Positions 56,885 to 64,000 of a DNA stretch of 64,000 nt are shown here, one piece after another. Both the position numbers and the translations under genes were made by a program. The stretch lies in the NCBI GenBank assembly GCA_964502815.1, contig CAZCXV010000001.1, positions 71,907-135,906 on the forward strand, written 5' to 3'. Position 1 is the stretch's first letter. Each line of letters opens with the position of its first letter. The DNA is from an uncultured Gammaproteobacteria bacterium. Lineage in GTDB: Bacteria; Patescibacteriota; Microgenomatia; UBA8517. The notes under the pieces were generated by a model. The model made no database searches and was not told the DNA's origin. It saw nothing but the letters and a program-made list of their open reading frames with translations.

Positions 56885-57678
56885 CCAAATAATTGTAGCA
56901 CTTTTTGCCTGGTCCAAAGAACGAAGTTAAACAAATAATGACCAAGTAAACCATGATAAATTTTACTTGAAGGAATTAATCTTCGCCATTGATTTTCACT
57001 GTCGGCCAGTTTCCTACCACTTGCTCCGTGATGATGAACAACTTCTGACGATGGCAGATAGTATATTTTCATACCTTTTCTTTTTATTTGCCTGCAGTAA
57101 TCAAAATCTTCAAAAAACATAAAGTATTTTTCATTCAGCCCGCCTACTTCTTTCAGCGTCTTTGGAGTAATTAAAAATGATGCCATGACAGCAACTTCCA
57201 CTTCTGAAGGACTTTCTCCCTCAGGGACATATTTATCCAAAATATGTTTTCGTCCCAACCAATATTGTTTTATTGCTCTTTCAACTGTTGGAAATCTAAA
57301 TATCGATGCCTGAAATGAGCCATCAATATTTAGTAGTCTTGAAGCCACAGCTCCAGCATCGGGAGTCCTTTTGGCAAAGTCTATTAGATTTTGTATTGAA
57401 TCTTTTTTTACTTCAGTGTCAGAATTCAAAAGTAGAACATATTCACCCTTGGCTTTTTTAATCCCCAAATTATTTCCCTTGGCAAAGCCCAAATTTTTAT
57501 CTGCTTCAATTAAGGTAATATTCCTGTTTTCTCTTAATTTTTCAAGTGATCCATCACTTGAGCCATTGTCTATAACTATCACTTCAAACTCTTCTTTTGG
57601 GGAAAACTTATAGATAGAAGTAAGGCAGGCTAGAGTTAGGTCTTTAGTATTAAAGTTGACTATTATGATGGAAACCAT
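56881..57678 (-). CDS. GT2 glycosyltransferase (WbbL-like)
   Basis: SIIIVNFN, DNGSSD, NLGFAKGNN, LLNSD, FMFFED.DYC. Confidence 0.9.
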   Translation of the reverse strand: MVSIIIVNFNTKDLTLACLTSIYKFSPKEEFEVIVIDNGSSDGSLEKLRENRNITLIEADKNLGFAKGNNLGIKKAKGEYVLLLNSDTEVKKDSIQNLIDFAKRTPDAGAVASRLLNIDGSFQASIFRFPTVERAIKQYWLGRKHILDKYVPEGESPSEVEVAVMASFLITPKTLKEVGGLNEKYFMFFEDFDYCRQIKRKGMKIYYLPSSEVVHHHGASGRKLADSENQWRRLIPSSKIYHGLLGHYLFNFVLWTRQKVLQLFG

Positions 57679-57687
57679 ACATCTAGT

Positions 57688-58584
57688 TTAACTAAATTTA
57701 GCAAAAATTGCTTCGTCTGAAATAGTTGCGTCTTTTTTCTCTCTTCTTCTAAGTTTTGACACTAAGCCAAATTTTAGAAGAGCGAGAAGAAAAATCCTCG
57801 CGTAACCTGGATGTCTTAATATTCTTTTTAGAAGTCCCTGAATATGTTTTCTAAATATTCGTTGGCTGGTTATGTTTTTCCAAATCGTTAGAAGCTCGTT
57901 TCTTTGCCTAATTGAAAGGACATAGCTTGTTTTAAGTTTCGAAATAACTGCTTCATGTTCATGGACTACTTTTGCATTTGGCTCCCACAAAAGCTTGTAG
58001 CCTCTTTTTTGAGCTCTATATGAAAGATCAACATCTTCCCAGTAAAAAGGCGACAGCAGTTTTTCATCTAACCCCCCAAGTTTCATCCAAATGCTTCTTT
58101 TAAAAACCCCGCTTCCTCCACTTATCCAAAAGGAATTAGTTGCCTTGTCTGTTTCCTTGCCTGGAATGAAATTAATAAAACCCCCTTTAAAACTGGCTCC
58201 AGCTGGACCAAAGCCTTTTTCGTGCAAAGAAACACCAAACACTTTTTCATTGCCAAAATGTGGCAAAACAAATTGCAGGAAATCTTCTGTCACCGAAACG
58301 TCGGTATTAAGAAGACACAAAAGCTCGCTCTTGGCAGCTCTAGCACCAGTATTGACTGTTGCAGAAAAGCCTCTGTTTTTAGTGTGCTTGATGAGCCTAA
58401 TTTTGTCTTTAAAGTTTTTAAGCAAAAAATCGAGCGAATTGTCTGTTGATTTATCATCAATAATAATTATTTCCTGAATATTATTTTTTTTGTTTTCCAA
58501 AGCTTTAACTACCGATAGCAGATGTTTTGGCATAATACTCTCGCCGTTAAAATTTGGGATAATTATTGACACCGAGTTAATCAT
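57688..58584 (-). CDS. GT2 glycosyltransferase (RfbF-like)
   Basis: IIPNFNG, DDKSTD, N.GFS...N.G, LLNTD, YWED.DLSYRA. Confidence 0.9.
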   Translation of the reverse strand: MINSVSIIIPNFNGESIMPKHLLSVVKALENKKNNIQEIIIIDDKSTDNSLDFLLKNFKDKIRLIKHTKNRGFSATVNTGARAAKSELLCLLNTDVSVTEDFLQFVLPHFGNEKVFGVSLHEKGFGPAGASFKGGFINFIPGKETDKATNSFWISGGSGVFKRSIWMKLGGLDEKLLSPFYWEDVDLSYRAQKRGYKLLWEPNAKVVHEHEAVISKLKTSYVLSIRQRNELLTIWKNITSQRIFRKHIQGLLKRILRHPGYARIFLLALLKFGLVSKLRRREKKDATISDEAIFAKFS

Positions 58585-59246
58585 ATTTTTCTGGCCTTCA
58601 CTATGTTTAGCATACCCAAGATAAACTTATCGTCTCTTTCAACTTTTAAGCCCGACTTTGCAACCACCTTGGCTAAAGGGTTTTCTTTTGAAAAAGACTG
58701 AACATGACAGTCTTTCCAAATTCTAGCCCACCAAAACTTTGTTACAAAGCCCCAAATAATTGAGAACAATAAATTGTCAGAAGGTACTAAAAAAATTGCA
58801 TAACCACCTTTTTTCAAGACTCTTTTTACTTCTCTAAAAACAATTAAGGGCTCAAAAACATGTTCTAAAACTTCCAGGGCAAAAACAGCATCAAATGAAT
58901 TGGCTGGAAAATCCAATTCATGAGCGTCGCCCGTCTTAAATTGCATTTTTTTGTTTTTCTGCCAGTGATTATTGGCCCAGGAGACAGAAGATTTCAAGAC
59001 ATCAATACCAATCAAGCTTTTGGCCTTAGTTCTGTCTAAAATAACTTTACTAAAAACTCCATCTGCAGAACCAATATCCAAAACCTTCCCACTTTTAGTT
59101 ACCTCAATCAATTCTCCAACTTTCTTGAATCGTCTTTGATGCCAATATCTTTGCAAAATATTTCTTTTGATTGAAGCATAATACCAATCAGGCGGAACAT
59201 TTTCATGCAGCTGGCTTGCATTTCTGGTAGTTTTACTATTTGCCAT
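58581..59246 (-). CDS. Class I SAM-dependent methyltransferase
   Basis: VLDIGSADG, GID, FD......VLEHV, RVLKKGG. Confidence 0.9.
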   Translation of the reverse strand: MANSKTTRNASQLHENVPPDWYYASIKRNILQRYWHQRRFKKVGELIEVTKSGKVLDIGSADGVFSKVILDRTKAKSLIGIDVLKSSVSWANNHWQKNKKMQFKTGDAHELDFPANSFDAVFALEVLEHVFEPLIVFREVKRVLKKGGYAIFLVPSDNLLFSIIWGFVTKFWWARIWKDCHVQSFSKENPLAKVVAKSGLKVERDDKFILGMLNIVKARKI

Positions 59247-59248
59247 CT

Positions 59249-60790
59249 TTAGTTTCTTTGTCTGTATTGAATAATTAGTTCTCCCCAGTTTTTCTCCTCA
59301 ATTAACTTGGAGTGAACATTTTCTTCTCCAACAGTTAAGCCTAGGTATTGTACTGGAATGCCCCCCATAGGTTCCAGTATCAAAAAGTATTTTTCAGTCG
59401 AGTCTTTTGTCTTTGCTAGTCCCCCAAGCTGACCTATTTGATCTCTGCCGTGCCACTCGGGCAGATAATCATATTTCTCTTGACCGTGCCATTTATACAA
59501 AAAATCCCAAACAATATTAACCCATAGTGGACTAGTCAAAGAGTTAATACTAAAAGATTCGCCTCCCGCCTTTTCATATGTGTAATCAACAGCATCTAAT
59601 TGCTTAGAGAGAAGCATATCTTTTTGGATGGCAAACAAAGTACTACCTCGGGAGTTTTCGCGAAGAATTAGAGATAAATTGCCAAAGATTAAAATAAGGA
59701 TAACTGCAATTGATACCAGTTTATATCTACTCCACCAGTTAGAAAGATAAATACCTAAAAGAATAGAAACGGCAGGACCTATGCCAACCATTAAAAATGG
59801 CGTACTCACCCCACCAACGGTCACGACCGTCAAGTGACTGAAAAGCCAGGTTGCCAAAAACGGCTGCCAAGAAACTAACTGGAGTTTCTCCTTTTTTCTA
59901 TCTTTGCTCCAACTAACTAAGCCAACAAGAATAAGGATAATTACAAATCCACCGCCATAGCCAATATTTCCAGGATAGCTATTAAAGGCAAAAATTCTAC
60001 CTACTTGGTTAAGGTATAAAGTAAGATAGTCGCCAAGAGATTTTGCATAGGCAAGATTTGTGTCACTGGAAACAACAAGTCCCTTCAAGCCTTCAATTCC
60101 TTTAAAGCCAAATTTAATTTCATTTAGGATCATTGTTGAAACTGAAATGAGCAATGTGAAGAGAAAGACAGAAATTTGCTTTCTGGAAATATTTTTTCTG
60201 GCAACATATGTCCAAATAGCAACTGGCACCATATGGTAAGCAAGAAAAATCTCTGACTGAATAGAAAGACCAAGACCAAGAGCGCAGAGAATTGACCCGA
60301 GGAGTTTTTTCTTTGAATCAGTTGACCAAAGCCAAAGACCTAAATACATTAAGGGGACTGTAAATACCGCTGGTGTTGGATTAGATAACCAAGTGGCATA
60401 TTGGCTTGCCTCAAAAGAGATAGCAAACAAAAAAGATGCCAAAAGCGCAGTCCAAACTTTTTTAGTCATCAAGTAAGCAAGCGCAAATATTAGTAAGACA
60501 GTTGCAGTATTTACAAAAGCTATCCAATAAGCTGCAACAATTGGACTACCTTTACCGACTAAATAGGCTGGAGCTAATAGATAATAATAAAATACGCCGT
60601 GATACAGCCCCGGCTGAGAAGCAGGTGGGCCTTGTATTTTTAGATCTCCGCCAAGAATTTGTCCGGTAATCGTTGCATCTCTTGCCTGGTCGTAGCCAAA
60701 AGTCAGTGCATTTTGGGGTAAAAACATAACCCTTAATAAATACGCCAGAATAAAAACGAAAAAAAGACCCAACCAGGCCAACCTAGTCAT
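59249..60790 (-). CDS. GT-C (GT39/ArnT-like) membrane glycosyltransferase
   Basis: FGYDQARD, GP......L.HG..YYY.LAP, W.SNP; about 11 TM segments plus a C-terminal soluble domain. Confidence 0.8.
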   Translation of the reverse strand: MTRLAWLGLFFVFILAYLLRVMFLPQNALTFGYDQARDATITGQILGGDLKIQGPPASQPGLYHGVFYYYLLAPAYLVGKGSPIVAAYWIAFVNTATVLLIFALAYLMTKKVWTALLASFLFAISFEASQYATWLSNPTPAVFTVPLMYLGLWLWSTDSKKKLLGSILCALGLGLSIQSEIFLAYHMVPVAIWTYVARKNISRKQISVFLFTLLISVSTMILNEIKFGFKGIEGLKGLVVSSDTNLAYAKSLGDYLTLYLNQVGRIFAFNSYPGNIGYGGGFVIILILVGLVSWSKDRKKEKLQLVSWQPFLATWLFSHLTVVTVGGVSTPFLMVGIGPAVSILLGIYLSNWWSRYKLVSIAVILILIFGNLSLILRENSRGSTLFAIQKDMLLSKQLDAVDYTYEKAGGESFSINSLTSPLWVNIVWDFLYKWHGQEKYDYLPEWHGRDQIGQLGGLAKTKDSTEKYFLILEPMGGIPVQYLGLTVGEENVHSKLIEEKNWGELIIQYRQRN

Positions 60791-63140
60791 ATAGCCAAGT
60801 ATACCCCAAAGCTAACAGCAAAATCAGCACTGAAAATAGACTAATTTTTAATCCCAGATAAAAAGAATTTGGTTGATATACAAATCTGACTATATGTTTT
60901 CCTGGGGGAATGACAACTGCCCTGTAATTATAATTTGCCTTATAGATTTCTGTTTCTTTGTCATCAACAAATGCTTGCCAATCAGGATAAAATGCTTCAG
61001 ACACAAATAATAGCCCCGCTTTTTCAGTTTCAACATTGAGAATACTTCTCTGAGGGGAATAATTTAGATATTCTACTGTTGATTTTGCAAACCGGAAATC
61101 CTTTGCTAGTTCGAGATCTTTTTCCAAAACTATCTTTTTGGAATAGGGATAGTTTACCTGAAGCAACTTTTCTAAAGCTTTCTTTCCATCCGATTCTATT
61201 TCCCAATCGTAAACCATAAAAGCCCTATTAAGAGCAGTTGTACTTTCTAAAACTGCAACGCTTTTGTCCTCAAAGGCAATATTAAATCTTTTAGTATCAA
61301 ACCTTTCAGGGATTTTTCCCTCAGGAGATGGTTTGCCACTAGAATCTTCTTTTAAAACTAAATAGTATTTGGTATTTACCAAATCAAGAAGTGGTGAGAC
61401 ATCATTATCTACTATGCCATATCTACCAACCGGATGAGACTCGGCAGTTCCACTATTGATAGCTGAAACAAATCTAGAAATACCCAGAGGATGAAAAGTA
61501 TCATAACCCTCTACCGTCTCCAAACCATATGCCATCCTGATATTTGAAGGAATTACTTTTGCCCCTGTTGTCCTAAAAGGTTTTTCTTGTGCCATCAAAA
61601 ATGAAATAACCGGAGTTTGTGGATAGATAAAGTCCCTTGGCGAGAATGGCGTGAACTTAAATGCAAAATAGAAAAGCTCCAAAATACAAAGGCCGATCAA
61701 CAATATTTTCAACCGTGTCAAAAACATAATTACAAAAAAAGACAAAACCAAGACACCAAAAGGCAAAAGCAAATTCCTGGCTGCGGTCCTAAAAACATCA
61801 ATTCCTCCGTGAGTAATAATTCCTTTTAAGCTAAAGGCATAAACTCCGAAGCCAACTAGCAATAAAAGAAGAACAGCAACAACCAAGATTTTGTATTTGT
61901 TTTTTATTTTTGCCTCAAGAACATCAAAACCGAAACCAGCCAACAGAGCACCAGCTGCAGTAAATAGTATAGTTGCCCGATGTGCAGAGTTTGCCTTCAT
62001 GCCAAGAATATCATTGGACCAAATAAACGTTGATAATGGAGTTGGAAAAGACAACAACAGGGAAACTACCATTAACAGAAAACTAAAGAATATTTCTTTT
62101 TTCATCTTTATTTTCACCAGAGAAACCATTGACAAAATAAAAGCTACAACGCCAATATAACCAGTATTTGAGGTGTAGTCTTGTGGCCCCCAATAATTTC
62201 TTGTCGAGTGATTACCAAAGAAGTCTGAAGAAATGAATGTAATAACCTTTTGCCAAGGCAGGAATGCCCAAGCAAAAGGATGGGGTTCAAAACTTCTTTG
62301 GGAATTTTTGATAAGTTCTAAAGAAGGTAATATTTGAACAGCAGAAAGTCCTAGAGAAAATAGACAAAATACTGCTAATAAAGCTGTTTTTGAAATTATT
62401 TGTTTATCTTTCCAAACTCTCACCAGCCACAAAAGTCCCATGGCAACAGCGGCATAAACACTGGTTTGGGTATAGCCAGAAAAAAATTGTAATGCCAAAA
62501 AGACAGACAACAATACTCCGTCAGAAAATTTCTTTTTTGTCAAAAGTCTGTCTTCAAACAATAAAACCAAAGGAATAAAGGCAGAAGCTAGAGTATGACC
62601 ATTCCACTGAGAAAAAATAATATTGTAGCCGGAAAAAGCAAAGACAATTCCTCCAAGAATTGCTCCAAGTTTTGATACTTTCCAATACCTTAAAAGAAAA
62701 TAGGTAAATGCTGCAGCCAATAGATGCTGCAATATTATCTGCATGCTCCAAGCAGTTGTTTTATCGAAAAGAAAGTACAAAAAACTGGTAGGTGAAAAGG
62801 GAGCTGACTGAAAATTGGCTAAAAGCGGCGAACCAGTCAAAATATAGGGATTCCACAAAGGCCAAATTCCTTGTTTGAAAAGTTCCATTGCAAATGTCTG
62901 CATTGGATAGGTATAAGAAACAACATCTGTAGTAATAGGGTTTTTTACAGGAACACCGGCAACATATCCCCATTTGTAGTCAAGCCAGGGGTAATAAACA
63001 CCAACAATAAAATCTCCAGGCAAAGGAACTTGGTTTTTTAAGATTACTTTCCAAAAGAAAGACAGGACTATTAAAATAAGTACAAAGATTGGAAGTAGAA
63101 ACTTAAAGAAGCGCGAGTAGTTCTTTTTCAAATCTTGCAT
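60783..63140 (-). CDS. YfhO-family membrane protein (GT-C)
   Basis: PLWNPY...G.P.LAN.Q, Q.LP..E....S.R, YIG, C-terminal SE..YP.W.A.VD......AN...RAV..P.G.H.V.F.Y.P. The exact start is uncertain (63131-63155). Confidence 0.88.
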   Translation of the reverse strand: MQDLKKNYSRFFKFLLPIFVLILIVLSFFWKVILKNQVPLPGDFIVGVYYPWLDYKWGYVAGVPVKNPITTDVVSYTYPMQTFAMELFKQGIWPLWNPYILTGSPLLANFQSAPFSPTSFLYFLFDKTTAWSMQIILQHLLAAAFTYFLLRYWKVSKLGAILGGIVFAFSGYNIIFSQWNGHTLASAFIPLVLLFEDRLLTKKKFSDGVLLSVFLALQFFSGYTQTSVYAAVAMGLLWLVRVWKDKQIISKTALLAVFCLFSLGLSAVQILPSLELIKNSQRSFEPHPFAWAFLPWQKVITFISSDFFGNHSTRNYWGPQDYTSNTGYIGVVAFILSMVSLVKIKMKKEIFFSFLLMVVSLLLSFPTPLSTFIWSNDILGMKANSAHRATILFTAAGALLAGFGFDVLEAKIKNKYKILVVAVLLLLLVGFGVYAFSLKGIITHGGIDVFRTAARNLLLPFGVLVLSFFVIMFLTRLKILLIGLCILELFYFAFKFTPFSPRDFIYPQTPVISFLMAQEKPFRTTGAKVIPSNIRMAYGLETVEGYDTFHPLGISRFVSAINSGTAESHPVGRYGIVDNDVSPLLDLVNTKYYLVLKEDSSGKPSPEGKIPERFDTKRFNIAFEDKSVAVLESTTALNRAFMVYDWEIESDGKKALEKLLQVNYPYSKKIVLEKDLELAKDFRFAKSTVEYLNYSPQRSILNVETEKAGLLFVSEAFYPDWQAFVDDKETEIYKANYNYRAVVIPPGKHIVRFVYQPNSFYLGLKISLFSVLILLLALGYTWLYD

Positions 63141-63999
63141 AGCTAAATTTATCACTTTCTTGTCTTACCTGCCTGGCAAGATCACGCATTTTTTTGTTAT
63201 CTGCTAATAGTTTCTCAGTTAATTGGGTCAATTCTCCTTCTTTTTGCCAAAGAAATCCTGAGTAATTATTTTTGACAATCTCCTTGTGACCACCTGCTGT
63301 ATAAACCAGAGGGATACAACCTGCTGCCATTGCTTCAACTAAAGAAATGCCAAAGTGCTCAACTTGCTTTGGATTTCTGTGTTCGTCAACGCCGAAGCCA
63401 GCTGCAGACCAAAAAAAAATAGAACTGCCTACTAAGCTTTTCAAGTCTTTAAAACTTGGACTTTCAATTATTTTAATAGGATAAGTTTTGGCAGCTTCCT
63501 TCAATTTGGTAAGAAAATCTCCCGCACCAACCTCTACTCCACCAGCAAGAATTAGTTTCCAATCAATATGACCATTGTCATGAAACCTTTTAAAAGCTTC
63601 AATTAAGATATCTTGTCTTTTTGACTGAGTTAGTTGGGAAAACCTACCGACATAAATTATTTGGTTTTCCTTTTTCAAAGCTTTAAATTTGGCTACATCA
63701 ACAGGAGGATATAGGACAACACTATCAATGTTGTATTCTTCATCAACTATTTTCTTGGTGAAGTTTGAATTGCAAATAATTTTGTTTATCCTAAAAAACT
63801 TCATTTTATTGAGGAGAGTATTACCATTGACATCGTTAAATGGAAATTGAAAGTGTAGAAAGTTTTTGCGAGCTTTTAAAGTTGGCACACTGCCATCAGA
63901 CACCCAAAACATCAGATCATAGCCATCTCCTCTTTTAGTATCAGGAACAATATTAATATTAGAAAGATTCAAACCAAATCTATCCTCAAGCTTCTTTTT
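63103..63999 (-). CDS. GT4 glycosyltransferase, 5'-truncated by window edge
   Basis: CNS.FT, YPPV, VGRF, EHFGI..VEAM.AG. The frame stays open to the window end (KKKLEDRFGLNLS...). Confidence 0.9.
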   Translation of the reverse strand, partial: KKKLEDRFGLNLSNINIVPDTKRGDGYDLMFWVSDGSVPTLKARKNFLHFQFPFNDVNGNTLLNKMKFFRINKIICNSNFTKKIVDEEYNIDSVVLYPPVDVAKFKALKKENQIIYVGRFSQLTQSKRQDILIEAFKRFHDNGHIDWKLILAGGVEVGAGDFLTKLKEAAKTYPIKIIESPSFKDLKSLVGSSIFFWSAAGFGVDEHRNPKQVEHFGISLVEAMAAGCIPLVYTAGGHKEIVKNNYSGFLWQKEGELTQLTEKLLADNKKMRDLARQVRQESDKFSYARFEKELLALL

Positions 64000-64000
64000 G

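Noticed and set aside
20151-63419. A/T homopolymers of 8-9 nt as phase-variation tracts (e.g. 20151, 22791, 63411)
   Set aside because: Such runs are expected in AT-rich Lys/Phe-rich coding DNA. All these genes are in frame, and there are no long poly-G/C tracts or SSRs.
1-64000. Short alternative-frame and antisense ORFs in the ORF track (e.g. 25769..26173, 26992..27369, 48347..48634, 58091..58477)
   Set aside because: They lie within or opposite longer genes with clear motifs and have no recognisable motifs of their own, so they are treated as shadow ORFs.
1-64000. tRNA/rRNA/ncRNA, CRISPR array, IS/integrase, DGR or invertible elements
   Set aside because: The largest intergenic gap is about 72 bp (5378-5449). 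I saw no periodic repeats, no transposase/recombinase/RT ORFs and no long inverted repeats at strand switches.
1-64000. Alternative genetic code (TGA=Gly/Trp)
   Set aside because: Long ORFs are uninterrupted under the standard code, and many end at TGA with ATGA coupling to the next gene.
1-64000. Classical LPS O-antigen or lipid A modification cluster
   Set aside because: No recognisable wzy, wzz, waaL, wzm/wzt, lpx/kdo genes or true bifunctional arnA. Similarity to Arn proteins is at family level only.

Overview
This window is a gene-dense, AT-rich bacterial sequence in the standard code (TGA is used as a stop). Intergenic gaps are mostly under 50 bp. All 64 kb belong to one surface-glycosylation super-locus that runs off both ends. 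It has about 56 CDSs: about 16-17 multi-pass GT-C-fold-type glycosyltransferases (seven form a close paralog family with a DE...GYxAYSILKTGKDExG motif) plus two truncated versions of that family, 12 GT2 (seven of the polyprenyl-phosphate-sugar-synthase type), 4 GT4, one Wzx-type flippase, 5 SAM methyltransferases, 2 SGNH proteins, a sulfotransferase, a formyltransferase, a YdjC/ChbG deacylase, a DegT aminotransferase, a CapD/PglF-type dehydratase, a GalU-like nucleotidyltransferase next to a Nudix protein, an FAD oxidoreductase, an epimerase-TIM-barrel fusion and two DUF5667-like exported proteins. Gene content and style suggest a Patescibacteria/CPR (Microgenomates-like) genome; this is inference only. 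I saw no RNA genes, CRISPR arrays or mobile elements. The most notable signals are: (i) a large lipid-phosphate-sugar-dependent extracytoplasmic glycosylation system, with a diversified GT-C paralog array and catalytically truncated partner genes; (ii) an Arn/Flm-like amino-sugar route; (iii) an uncharacterised redox/epimerase module; (iv) a -1 frameshifted SGNH gene; (v) recurrent -10 boxes 5-8 nt before start codons, implying leaderless mRNAs. All family calls come from motifs read by eye, not from database searches.
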